Translations under genes and position numbers: made by a program
Assembly (NCBI GenBank): GCA_050950505.1
Contig: JBMNHS010000001.1
Span: forward strand, 384,001-448,000
Direction of reading: 5' to 3'
DNA: 64,000 nt
Source of the DNA: Candidatus Methanomethylophilaceae archaeon
GTDB taxonomy: Archaea > Thermoplasmatota > Thermoplasmata > Methanomassiliicoccales > Methanomethylophilaceae
The notes under the pieces: generated by a model
What the model was told of the DNA's origin: nothing
Seen by the model: only the letters and a program-made list of their open reading frames with translations
Databases searched by the model: none
Part shown: positions 27,978-38,489 of the stretch, in pieces
Numbering within the stretch: the stretch's first letter is position 1
Layout of the letters: the number at the start of each line of letters is the position of its first letter

Positions 27978-30900
27978 TCAGTTCCTCCTGTTCAGGATTA
28001 CGAACATGGCGACTACGATTACAATAATCGAAGCCAGCGCTATGCCGATTAGCGGCATGTAGTTAGGGCTTCCCTCACCGGATTCGGCAGATTCTCCCAG
28101 GATGTAGTAGGAACAGTGAGTCAAGGTGAAGACAGCATATCCGTCATCGTCAACAACGATTTCCTGTCCCTGATCCTCCAGCTCGTTCGATTCTTCGTTG
28201 AAGAAGAACAGCGAGATTACTGTGCCGCTTGCGAACTTGTCTCCGACGTAATATTTTACGGAAGCTTCCATCGGCAGGGTTCCGCTTGCGCTGAAATCAA
28301 GCACCAGGGGATTCTCAATCTTGGATGCCTTCAGTGCCTCTGTCATTTCTTCGACGTCTTCCTTCACAGATACCTTGGGCTTGAAGGTTCCCGCGTCCGC
28401 TTTGTAATCGCCGCTGAACGACCAGGAGTACAATACCTTGTCGTCATCGTCAACCACGTCGATGACCAGAACCTTCTCTCCAATATTTTCAAAGACTGTG
28501 TTTCCGATTACGAAGTCATCGATTTCATCATCGAGCCTGATTACAGGGTTCTCGTTGGTTTCGATTATATCTTCGATATCATCGTCGGTCGGGGGTTCTT
28601 CAAATACCTTCAGCTTCCAAACGGCCGTGATTGTCAGGTCGTTCGCGGGCATCTTGACAGGAATCGCCGTATCCCATCTGACAAAATCGTAACCGGCTCT
28701 GGTCGGATTGGCAGGTGCCGTTATTTCCGTGTCATAATCCGCGATTATGGGATTGACAGTGGAACCGTCACCAGTATCGAAGGTTATGGTGTATTCCTCA
28801 ATTTCCCATATGGCGTACAGAGTGAAATCTTCGTTGAAAACTGTGTCTTCATCAAATACGAACTTCACAACAGGTTCTCCGGCGAGGTTCTTGGTCCACC
28901 CCATGAAGGCGTATCCCGTCAAGACGGGATCAGTAGGAGCTTCCGCCGGGGTGTTGTAATCTCCCGAAATCGAATCGATTTCAGAACCGTCACCGGTATC
29001 GAAGGTTATGGTGTATTTGATTGCGGTGTAAGTCACCGAGAACGTCACTTCGCCCTCGACGGTATATTTTCCGTCGGTGTCGATGGTTCCCGCAGTGGCC
29101 GAAAGTTTGGAAGTGTGTCCGGTCTTCGGATCTGCGGTTACCGTGAGGACGGTGCCGTATGCAATCTGGTCACCGGTGTCAATGGGGGTTTCTCCCTTCT
29201 TCACCGTTATTCCTTCACCGAAGTTTATGGTGTATTCGATTGGGTCCATCTTGGCGAAATAGGAAGTACCGGCCGTCGGTTCTGTGTCCGTGGTCACCGG
29301 TACGGTGAACTCGATGGATGCGAACCAACCTTTGAAGGTGTATCCGTCCTCAGAAGGATCCGTCGGTAATACAACCTTGTCCCCGGAATCCACCGTAGTC
29401 ACAATGTATGTTTGACCGTTGACAATCCAAGTAATGGTGTATGAAGACACCTTAAAACTCAGACCGCCTCCGAAGTCGATTTCAGCATTCTTGTAGAAAA
29501 CCTTCGCGGTATATCCGGCAGTGACGGTTTCCCCGTTCTGCAGGAATGCCTCAGGGGATTCGATTTCACCAAGAAGTACTACGACCAGGGCCGACAACAG
29601 TTTATCATCATTGAGTTTGAAAGGACCGTTTTCATCAATGTTCAATGTGCTGTCAAGACTCACGATTTCAGTCAGTGCGTTGACCAAACCAGATGCCGCA
29701 TTAAAGACATCAAGGGGATCTACGGTATCGGCGAACTCCACCGCTATGTTAACTTTGCCGTCATCGTCAATCTTCAGAGTAACGACAATGCCCTCATAGT
29801 TGGTGTTCAACGCGTCTATCTCGGTTTTCAGTGCATCAATCAGTGTTTCCATGGTTCCGATTGCAGTGAAACTCAGACCGCCTCCGAAGTCGATTTCAGC
29901 ATTCTTGTAGAAAACCTTCGCGGTATATCCGGCAGTGACGGTTTCCCCGTTCTGCAGGAATGCCTCAGGGGATTCGATTTCACCAAGAAGTACTACGACC
30001 AGGGCCGACAACAGTTTATCATCATTGAGTTTGAAAGGACCGTTTTCATCAATGTTCAATGTGCTGTCAAGACTCACGATTTCAGTCAGTGCGTTGACCA
30101 AACCAGATGCCGCATTAAAGACAGGGATTCGATTTCACCAAGAAGTACTACGACCAGGGCCGACAACAGTTTATCATCATTGAGTTTGAAAGGACCGTTT
30201 TCATCAATGTTCAATGTGCTGTCAAGACTCACGATTTCAGTCAGTGCGTCGACCAAACCAGATGCCGCATTAAAGACATCAAGGGGATCTACGGTATCGG
30301 CGAACTCCACCGCTATGTTAACTTTGCCGTCATCGTCAATCTTCAGAGTAACGACAATGCCCTCATAGTTGGTGTTCAACGCGTCTATCTCGGTTTTCAG
30401 TGCATCAATCAGTGTTTCCATGGTTCCGATTGCAGTGAAACTCAGACCGCCTCCGAAGTCGATTTCAGCATTCTTGTAGAAAACCTTCGCGGTATATCCG
30501 GCAGTGACGGTTTCCCCGTTCTGCAGGAATGCCTCAGGGGATTCGATTTCACCAAGAAGTACTACGACCAGGGCCGACAACAGTTTATCATCATTGAGTT
30601 TGAAAGGACCGTTTTCATCAATGTTCAATGTGCTGTCAAGACTCACGATTTCAGTCAGTGCGTTGACCAAACCAGATGCCGCATTAAAGACATCAAGGGG
30701 ATCTACGGTATCGGCGAACTCCACCGCTATGTTAACTTTGCCGTCATCGTCAATCTTCAGAGTAACGACAATGCCCTCATAGCCGGTGTTCAACGCGTCT
30801 ATCTCGGTTTTCAGTGCATCAATCAGTGTTTCCATGGTTCCGATTGCAGTGAAACTCAGACCGCCTCCGAAGTCGATTTCAGCATTCTTGTAGAAAACCT

Positions 30901-31366
30901 TCGCGGTATATCCGGCAGTGACGGTTTCCCCGTTCTGCAGGAATGCCTCAGGGGATTCGATTTCACCAAGAAGTACTACGACCAGGGCCGACAACAGTTT
31001 ATCATCATTGAGTTTGAAAGGACCGTTTTCATCAATGTTCAATGTGCTGTCAAGACTCACGATTTCAGTCAGTGCGTTGACCAAACCAGATGCCGCATTA
31101 AAGACATCAAGGGGATCTACGGTATCGGCGAACTCCACCGCTATGTTAACTTTGCCGTCATCGTCAATCTTCAGAGTAACGACAATGCCCTCATAGTTGG
31201 TGTTCAACGCGTCTATCCCTGTCTGGAAATCTGTTATGAAACCCTCTATTGTGCCTGTCTCGGGATCATCCGCATAGGCCGTGTCCGTACTTACGGCCAC
31301 GGCTCCTAATGCGAATACCGAGACTATTATGAAAGTCAGAAATTTCATCTGAGATTTGATATTCAT
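27978..31366 (-). pseudogene. Large surface adhesin-like protein (138-aa tandem repeats, InlB-B/Listeria-Bacteroides repeats, C-terminal anchor), split by a frameshift at about 30123
   Basis: ORFs 30086-31423 and 27978-30101 share the same repeat. Signal peptide MNIKSQMKFLTFIIVSVFALGAV, YTITFDTGDGS..PT..GY.F.GW repeats, C-terminal TM followed by RRN. Confidence 0.8.
29455..31217. repeat. Near-perfect 414-bp tandem repeat array (about 4.3 units, one irregular junction)
   Basis: Marker AAACTCAGACCGCCTCCG at 29455, 29869, 30438 and 30852 (spacings 414, 569, 414). Confidence 0.95.
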
Positions 31367-31988
31367 AGAATGAAGACCATCATATCTTATTATAAAACTT
31401 GTCAAATTTGTATAAATACACAATATGCAATTGTGAGACAGCGTTATACAATTTCAATTTTCTGTGACTTGTTATAAAAATAAGCAAAGTATATAATCAA
31501 CTTTAGCAGTCCGATTCGATTTTTTACCCCGTCATTTCTTATATTATAGTATCTCCGACAGCTTTCAAATCCTTTAATTTTACGAAACACTCACATTTTC
31601 ATAAATTAAGGCAATAATTGTATTTTATTACGATTTTTATATGAATTATGTAATGAAATCGTACATAATATTCAAATTATCGATTCGCACGTTTTCTTAC
31701 CTGATAGATTAACACAAAATCCTGACAATAATAAAGAATAAACGTTCTTCCGCCAAGTGTATTTTTAACGGTTTTGTAAAAATAATATTTGTTTGTCTCT
31801 ACACAATACTGATTTTCGTTTCATATTTTGATTTTCTGCAACCGAGACAGAATCCCGTTCATGTCTCCGTTGCACACAAACACAGAACGCATCATCGACT
31901 GAACCTTTTCTTCCGGTCAATCTTCCCAATATCTCTGACAATGATATCCGTAAGTCCGGTCGTCGGTTAATCGTGAATCCTGTTTCGC

Positions 31989-33209
31989 TTATACGCAGAG
32001 TCTGTGAAACAGAGTCGCGAAAACTTTCGCATCCGTGATTATGTTGTCCACTTCCACGTACTCGTTGGGAGCGTGAAGAGTCCCTCCTCCGGTTTCCCAA
32101 ACATATGCGTCATATCCCGCCCTTCTGAAGAAATTCGCGCATGTGGCGCCTCCCACCCCCACCGGCACGGGTTCCGTGCCGGTGACGTATTTCACCGAAT
32201 CCCTCAGCGCCGAATACGTCTCACTGTTCACGGAAGATTCCTTTCCGGAGATATGTCTCTGAACTTCTTTGACGGAAACGATGGTTCCGAACTTCTTTTC
32301 AATCTCGGAAGAAACGTTCTTGGCGACGGTTACGACGTCATCCATGTCATATTCGGGAATGAGACGTATATCGATGGAAAATTCGTAGTATCCGGGCACG
32401 GTGTTGACGTTTTCGACATGATTCACACTCTTGGTCGGAGCGAAGGTGGACTTCGGCGGCAGGAACTTGGGATCTTCGGCTGAAAACAATCTCTCAAACT
32501 CTTTCTCCAGTTCCACCATGAGATGGGATCCCGCCCTGAACGCGTTCACCCCTTTGTCGGGGGTGGACCCGTGGGTGGATTTGCCGACAATCTCAAAATT
32601 CAGCCAAATGAGATTCTTCTCGGCAATTTCTATGTATTTTCCTTCCGGACTTCCCCAATCGGGAACAATGAAAACGTCATCTTCGGAAAAGTATCCGTTT
32701 TTGATCAAATAGTCAATGCCGAGTTTGCTTGTGTTCTCCTCATCGGCCACCATGGCGAGTCCGATGGATTTTCCGGTGAGAGAATCTTTATCGATGAATC
32801 TGGAAGCGAACATGGATGAGATTATCGCCTGTCCGTTGTCTTCCGTGCCCCTTCCGTATATTCTTCCGTCCTGCACCCTCGGCTCGAAAGGATGGGAATC
32901 CCAATCGTTCAGGTTGCCGGCGGGAACGGTGTCCATATGGGACACTATCCAAACCGTTCCTTTCTCTTTGCCTTCTTTCCTTGCCAATATGTTGGATCTT
33001 GTAACGGAAGGATCGGTATCGTCGGGAAGATCTATTCTTTCGACGGAATCAAAACCGGACAGTCTCTGCATAAGGTGATCGGCGCGTCTGCTTTCCCCCA
33101 AACCCCCGAATATCGGGGACAGTGCGGGAATTTTGATCATGTCGCACATTTCGGTTATGATGTCGTCACGAGACTCTTCGATCTTTCTGAGAACGGCATC
33201 CGGGTTCAT
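31989..33209 (-). CDS. M20 family metallohydrolase (DapE/ArgE-like)
   Basis: SHMDTVP, YGRGTEDN, ADEE, GKSTHGSTP, LHAPNEY. Confidence 0.92.
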   Translation of the reverse strand: MNPDAVLRKIEESRDDIITEMCDMIKIPALSPIFGGLGESRRADHLMQRLSGFDSVERIDLPDDTDPSVTRSNILARKEGKEKGTVWIVSHMDTVPAGNLNDWDSHPFEPRVQDGRIYGRGTEDNGQAIISSMFASRFIDKDSLTGKSIGLAMVADEENTSKLGIDYLIKNGYFSEDDVFIVPDWGSPEGKYIEIAEKNLIWLNFEIVGKSTHGSTPDKGVNAFRAGSHLMVELEKEFERLFSAEDPKFLPPKSTFAPTKSVNHVENVNTVPGYYEFSIDIRLIPEYDMDDVVTVAKNVSSEIEKKFGTIVSVKEVQRHISGKESSVNSETYSALRDSVKYVTGTEPVPVGVGGATCANFFRRAGYDAYVWETGGGTLHAPNEYVEVDNIITDAKVFATLFHRLCV

Positions 33210-33816
33210 GATGTGCAATCGGGGAGAATGTTGATATTACTTTCTTAATTGTGGAGTGCAATCGATGTTTTCAGAAAATATGTTGATGACAAAAATATTG
33301 CTTATGTTATCATAGTAATAATCATAACTCAGCAGTTTTTACTATAAATTGTATAAATGGCAAACCCTTCTGTTATTCATATGGGCAATAACGTGTAATA
33401 ACCGGTGATAGTCCCATATCGGCATTATCACCGTGCGTCATCCATCTACTTTATTGTCTTGCAAACCTTTTAGTTTATTTTTGGCGGATTTTGCACTCGT
33501 ATTTCAATTTCGTATCCATCCCCAAATATTCCGCAATATTTTTGGGATTGTGACCAATATACACAACAATACACCATCAGAAACATATTTTGCATTAAGA
33601 TACGGGTCGTAAAATCTAAACGGGTAACCTTTTGGTGCCGCCAATTTGATTGCGTTTTTAACAGGTAGTAAATTTTTGTCAATCTGTCAATAACTTCTGA
33701 ATTTATTCCGTCTGCCATCCCATCATCTGAGATAAATTACTTCAATATCAGTCCGGGTTTTGAATATTGGTTCTTTTAAAAAACATTTATTCAAAACAAT
33801 CACGGGGATGTGCTCC

Positions 33817-33847
33817 AATCAAAAGGGGGCATAGCCCCCTTTTGATT
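33817..33847 (-). terminator. Perfect 14-bp hairpin, intrinsic-terminator-like, downstream of the thiolase gene
   Basis: AATCAAAAGGGGGC-ATA-GCCCCCTTTTGATT, with an adjacent T8 run on the minus strand. Confidence 0.7.
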
Positions 33848-33880
33848 AAGAAAAAAAAGGTTTGAAATAATGATTGAAAC

Positions 33881-35059
33881 TCACTCACGGCGCACGATCA
33901 TCGTGACAGCGTTCCCGCCGCCGAGACAGAGCGTTCCGAGACCCACTTCTTTGTTCCTGTCTTCCAGGGCGTGGAGAAGAGTGGTCATGACTCTGGCACC
34001 GGAACATCCGATTGGGTGTCCGATCGCGATTGCACCGCCGTTCACGTTGAATTTCTCATCGGGAACGTTGAGTTCCTTCTGCACTGCGCAGGACGCGGTC
34101 GCAAAAGCCTCGTTGTGCTCGAAGAGATCGATGTCGTCGATGGTCATTCCGGCTTTGTCCAACACACTTCTGGTTGTGTGGATCGGAGCCTCCATGATCA
34201 GTTCGGGAAGCACTCCGGTTTCTCCGTAAGCGATGATGGATGCTATGGGTTTGTGACCGTTCTCTTCCGCCCATTTCCTTGATGTTACGATCAACGCCGA
34301 CGCACCGTCACTTAACTGTGAAGAGTTTCCGGCAGTGACAATACCGTCTTTTTTGAAGGCAGGTTTCAGACCCGCAAGGGATTCCATGGTGGTATCCGGC
34401 CTGACTCCTTCGTCTTCGCTGACAACGGTGTCTCCCTTTCTCGATTTGACCGTGACGGGAACGATTTCCTTGTCGAATTTCCCGTTTTTCTGAGCTTCGG
34501 CGGCTTTCAGATTGCTGTTGTATGCCATACTGTCGGCGTCTTCACGGGTCACGTTGAAACGTTCGGCAACGATTTCTCCGGTGACTCCCATGTGCTGATT
34601 GTTGAAAATATCCCAGAGACCGTCATGAACCATTGCGTCCACGGCGGTTTTGTCTCCCATTCTGTGACCCCATCTGGCGTCCATGAGATAGTAAGGAACG
34701 GCACTCATGTTTTCCATTCCGCCGACAGCCAGGACTTCATACTGTTCGGCTTTGATCGCGTCCGCCGCAAGCATGGCGGATTTCAGTCCGGATCCGCACA
34801 CCGCGTTGACGGTGAAGGAACCGATTTCCACCGGAAGACCCGCGGCGACGGCGGACTGCCTTGCCGGATTCTGTCCCAGACCCGCGCTCAGAACGTTGCC
34901 CATGATACATTCCTGAACGTCTTCGGGAGCCAGACCTGCTCTGGAAACCGCTTCTTTGATTACTATTCCGCCCAAATCCGTGGCTCTTACGCTTGCCAAA
35001 GATTTTCCGTATTTGCCCACAGGGGTCCTTACCGCGCTTAGAATTACTGCCTCTTGCAT
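33881..35059 (-). CDS. Acetyl-CoA C-acetyltransferase (bacterial-type thiolase)
   Basis: AVRTPVG, GQNPARQ, NAVCGSG, NEAFA, GHPIGCSG, LCLGGG. Start at MQEAV. Confidence 0.93.
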   Translation of the reverse strand: MQEAVILSAVRTPVGKYGKSLASVRATDLGGIVIKEAVSRAGLAPEDVQECIMGNVLSAGLGQNPARQSAVAAGLPVEIGSFTVNAVCGSGLKSAMLAADAIKAEQYEVLAVGGMENMSAVPYYLMDARWGHRMGDKTAVDAMVHDGLWDIFNNQHMGVTGEIVAERFNVTREDADSMAYNSNLKAAEAQKNGKFDKEIVPVTVKSRKGDTVVSEDEGVRPDTTMESLAGLKPAFKKDGIVTAGNSSQLSDGASALIVTSRKWAEENGHKPIASIIAYGETGVLPELIMEAPIHTTRSVLDKAGMTIDDIDLFEHNEAFATASCAVQKELNVPDEKFNVNGGAIAIGHPIGCSGARVMTTLLHALEDRNKEVGLGTLCLGGGNAVTMIVRRE

Positions 35060-35120
35060 AATGATGGCCTCATTGAATTTGATGCTAGTGTTTATTTTCG
35101 ATATATAACATTGTCGGCAT

Positions 35121-36437
35121 TCATATACGGCTATTGACGAAAGACAACGGCTGTTCCTCATTCATTCTTTTGAGAGGTTTTGAGAGATGTCTTCTGGCCG
35201 ACGGCGGGGGTTCGTACCATCCCGGCAGGATCCATCTTATGTTTTCTTTGTAAATCGCTTCGGAAGATGTTGTTTTGCAATCCCTGCATCTGTATCCTTT
35301 ATTCTTGCCGACGGATTCCATTCTCCTGCCGCACACTTCACAAAGGGGATTTGAAATTTTTTCAAGTTCTTTTGTTAATGAGACAACATTCAACTTTTCC
35401 ACATTCAATGTACGTGGAGTTTCCCTCAGTTCCCCGATGACTTCCACACGGTCCCCCGGCGAAAGCCAGGTTATTGCGTTTCTGAATGTTTTGGCCGGTT
35501 CGTACACCGTGCAGTCGACGTTTCCGAAAGACGTTTCAACAACAAAAATAAGATGTCCTCCGGAAATTTTTTCGATTTTCACCACTTTTCCTTCAATTTG
35601 ATAAGAACTCAAAGGAATCAAAGAATCGAATTTTCTTAAAACATGGTCGTCAGAACCCTGATTGGTTTGAAAAATAACATGTCGGTCCACGGTTTCGGTT
35701 TTGACCAAATCCGCCGCTTTGAAAAGATCTGCGTAACTGTCTCCCCTTATTCCGTACAGAACGGGACAGGGGGTTCCGGGAAAAATACAGGGTTTTTGTG
35801 TTTCTTCCTCCCAGTTGTTGAAAGTTGATGTTACTTTTTTGTTCATCTCTTTAACGGAATATCTGTCGAATTCTCTTTCGGTACCCCAATTCTCTTTTTT
35901 CCTGTAAGCTATGTATTCGTATGTTCTGTCCCGGGGCCGGCAGGCCATGGCGCAGGCCGCACCGATCAATCCCCTTCCGTTTCCGAATTCATGATATTCC
36001 GCACCGATTTCATTCAAAATATCAAGAACTTCCTGTTTTTCCACGATTTGTCTCACACCTTTCCAATAAAGGAAAGGGGATGGTTTTTTTCTTGAAACAA
36101 TAACACCGGTATCGGATTCGGGACATCTGTTATTTTTGATTATGGGAAGCAATTCTTCCATCAGTTCCGATTCATCCATAAAAATTTTTTTTGATTTGAG
36201 ATAAGAATAAATTTTTTTACCGTTGATTTCCCCTATTTCTTTTTTGACACCGTAACCTTTTCCGAATTTCATAAAAAGTGAACCGTTTCCTCTGGTTTTC
36301 CACGGCACGGCAGGATTGAGACGGATCAGTCTGGGATAACCTATCAGATCGAGATTGATTTTATCTATCACTTCGGTCGCAAGATAAGTCGTGCACAGAC
36401 CTTTGTTGGAATCCGTATCGTCAAAAGAAACATACAC
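35121..36437 (-). CDS. tiaS: tRNA(Ile2) agmatinylcytidine synthase
   Basis: DDTDS..GLCTTY, RLNPAVPWKTRGNG, GRGLIGA, PVLYGIRG, TNQGSD, OB fold, Zn ribbon, RRHLSKP. Confidence 0.96.
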   Translation of the reverse strand: MYVSFDDTDSNKGLCTTYLATEVIDKINLDLIGYPRLIRLNPAVPWKTRGNGSLFMKFGKGYGVKKEIGEINGKKIYSYLKSKKIFMDESELMEELLPIIKNNRCPESDTGVIVSRKKPSPFLYWKGVRQIVEKQEVLDILNEIGAEYHEFGNGRGLIGAACAMACRPRDRTYEYIAYRKKENWGTEREFDRYSVKEMNKKVTSTFNNWEEETQKPCIFPGTPCPVLYGIRGDSYADLFKAADLVKTETVDRHVIFQTNQGSDDHVLRKFDSLIPLSSYQIEGKVVKIEKISGGHLIFVVETSFGNVDCTVYEPAKTFRNAITWLSPGDRVEVIGELRETPRTLNVEKLNVVSLTKELEKISNPLCEVCGRRMESVGKNKGYRCRDCKTTSSEAIYKENIRWILPGWYEPPPSARRHLSKPLKRMNEEQPLSFVNSRI

Positions 36438-36454
36438 GGCAGGATGCAGTGCGT

Positions 36455-36766
36455 TTATCCATTAAAGGGATATTCCAAAATAATCATTTTTTCAACAAAA
36501 ATAATCGTTCCGTCCTCGGAAAGATTTCCTCTCACGGAATAAGATTTCAGATCTTCCGGACATTCTTTGAAAAAACATTTTTCATATGTTCCGTCAGAAG
36601 TTTCAATAAAGAACGTGAAACCGTTTTTTGTCTCTTTGACATCGAATACAATGCCTTTGATATCATCGTCATGAATTTCATCTTTTTCCGATGTCCAGAA
36701 TAAAATAAAAATAAGAATGACAGAAACGGATATTATGAAATATTTATCTTTAAAAATTGACATCAA
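36455..36766 (-). CDS. Small membrane-anchored hypothetical protein (OB-fold-like)
   Basis: N-terminal TM helix, then a beta-rich IKGIVFDVK..VRGNLS segment. Lies 17 nt upstream of tiaS. Confidence 0.6.
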   Translation of the reverse strand: MMSIFKDKYFIISVSVILIFILFWTSEKDEIHDDDIKGIVFDVKETKNGFTFFIETSDGTYEKCFFKECPEDLKSYSVRGNLSEDGTIIFVEKMIILEYPFNG

Positions 36767-36815
36767 TCGTAATACTTATTGAGTTTAAATCAAAGAAGAG
36801 GCTACAGTTAATCTA

Positions 36816-36846
36816 AACCCCCCCACCCCTTCATTTCCACTGGAGA
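36816..36846 (-). promoter_or_regulatory. Origin recognition box (ORB) with G-string, upstream of cdc6
   Basis: Reverse complement TCTCCAGTGGAAATGAAGGGGTGGGGGGGTT matches the archaeal ORB consensus TCCAGTGGAAA..GGGG. Confidence 0.88.
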
Positions 36847-37091
36847 ATTATTCTGATGTTCCGTTGTGGATCAACTCAATAATCCGATTATGTAGAGAAC
36901 GCCGACAAAGGCTATAATTCCTAAAACACACGCACCTATGATATACACTGCTTTTTTCATAATATGCAATTCCTTTAAGGATATGAAGAATATTTAATTA
37001 TAAAACAATTCATCAAAGTACAGCAATATACATCTCGTTGTTTTCAGTTGAAAACTATTATATGTATGAAACATCTTCATGAGAAATTGCG

Positions 37092-38336
37092 GTGTTTCCT
37101 TTGAATGACAGAGAATCGATTTTCAAGAAATATATGGACAAAAGAGTTCCGTTGATCAAGAATAAGAAAATTCTTCAATCATCATACATACCGGAACAGT
37201 TACCGCACAGAGAAGAACAGATTAATGACATTGTTGAAATTGTCGCTCCGTCTTTAGTCAAAGACAAACCTTCGAATATTCTGATAATAGGAAAAACGGG
37301 AACCGGAAAAACCGCAGTTGTGAAATACATCGGAAAAGAATTGAAAAAAGCCGATGAAGACGAAGAGAACTGTTGTTTTGTTTACATAAATTGTGAGGTT
37401 GTCGATACTCCTTACGGTATTCTTTACAACATTGCAAATCAGATTATAAAGGATGAAACGAAAAGCATTCCTTTCACCGGTTGGAGTCTTGACAGAGTTT
37501 TCGGCGAATTGACAAAATATATCGAAGAAGAAAAAAAGATTTACATCGTAGTGTTGGATGAGATAGACCGTTCATTCCAGAAAAACGGAGATGATATTTT
37601 CTACTTCCTGACTACAATCAATGAAGTTTTGGAAAAATCAAAAGTTTCCATAATAGGTATAAGCAACAATCCGAAATTCACTGATTTTTTAGATCCGAAA
37701 ATCAAGAGCAGATTGGGAGAAGAGAAAATTATATTTCCTCCTTACAACACCATTCAGTTGGAAGATATTCTGAGAGACAGATCTTTGGAAGCGTTTACCG
37801 AAGGAACATTGTCTGAAGGAGTCATATCTTACTGCGCCGCATTATCGGCACAGGATATGGGAGACGCGAGAAGAGCTTTGGATCTTCTCAGAATCGCGGC
37901 CGACATAGCCGAAAGAAACAATGATAAAATTGTCACCGAAGCTCATGTCAAATACGCAAAAAATAAAATTGAACTCGATGCGGTTTCTGAAGTTGTAAGA
38001 ACTCTTACTCCTCAATCAAAAATAGTTCTGATGAGTATTGTCATAAATACTGAAAATGAAAATCCTGTTATGAATACCGGTGATGTTTTTACAACTTACA
38101 AACACATTTCGGAAATAATGGAAACTTCGGTGTTGACTCAGAGAAGAGTTGCGGGATTGATTTCCGAACTGGATATGTTGGGTATAATTCACGCGCGGGT
38201 GAAATCTTTCGGCCGTGCCGGAAGAACGAGAGAGATTGAACTCAACACTAAAGATGTAATCGATTTATTGAAATCCGATACTCTTTTCAAGAAACTCAAC
38301 AACTACAAAAATATTAAACAAACGACTTTGATGTGA
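37092..38336 (+). CDS. cdc6: Orc1/Cdc6 replication initiator
   Basis: LPHREEQI, GKTGTGKT, YINC, VLDEID, GDARRALDLLR, ELDMLGII..SFGRAGRT winged helix. Confidence 0.97.
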   Translation: MFPLNDRESIFKKYMDKRVPLIKNKKILQSSYIPEQLPHREEQINDIVEIVAPSLVKDKPSNILIIGKTGTGKTAVVKYIGKELKKADEDEENCCFVYINCEVVDTPYGILYNIANQIIKDETKSIPFTGWSLDRVFGELTKYIEEEKKIYIVVLDEIDRSFQKNGDDIFYFLTTINEVLEKSKVSIIGISNNPKFTDFLDPKIKSRLGEEKIIFPPYNTIQLEDILRDRSLEAFTEGTLSEGVISYCAALSAQDMGDARRALDLLRIAADIAERNNDKIVTEAHVKYAKNKIELDAVSEVVRTLTPQSKIVLMSIVINTENENPVMNTGDVFTTYKHISEIMETSVLTQRRVAGLISELDMLGIIHARVKSFGRAGRTREIELNTKDVIDLLKSDTLFKKLNNYKNIKQTTLM

Positions 38337-38479
38337 AAATAATCTCCAGTGGAAATGAAGGGGTGAGATGTAATCGATTTATTGAAATCCGATACTCTTT
38401 TCAAGAAACTCAACAACTACAAAAATATTAAACAAACGACTTTGATGTGAAAATAATCTCCAGTGGAAATGAAGGGGTG
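38252..38479 (+). repeat. Perfect 114-bp tandem duplication (cdc6 3' end plus ORB)
   Basis: AGATGTAATCG...GAAATGAAGGGGTG at 38252-38365 and 38366-38479. Confidence 0.95.
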
Positions 38480-38486
38480 GGGGGTT
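38457..38486 (+). promoter_or_regulatory. ORB with G-string downstream of cdc6 (a second copy at 38343-38365 lacks the final G-run)
   Basis: TCTCCAGTGGAAATGAAGGGGTGGGGGGTT, an inverted repeat of 36816-36846. Confidence 0.88.
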
Positions 38487-38489
38487 ATT

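Larger units (their letters stand above)
36816..38486. other. Probable chromosomal replication origin (oriC): cdc6 flanked by inverted ORBs, with AT-rich upstream DNA
   Basis: ORBs at 36816-46 (-) and 38457-86 (+), AT-rich 36850-37090, adjacent orc1/cdc6. Confidence 0.8.

Noticed and set aside
29455-31217. Repeat array as CRISPR or as a diversity-generating retroelement template/variable pair
   Set aside because: Units are 414-bp in-frame coding repeats without spacers. There is no cas or reverse transcriptase gene, and too few differences between copies to indicate targeted mutagenesis.
36816-38486. Inverted repeats of about 30 bp around a single gene, read as transposon terminal repeats
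   Set aside because: They match the ORB consensus, the enclosed gene is cdc6, and there is no transposase or target-site duplication.
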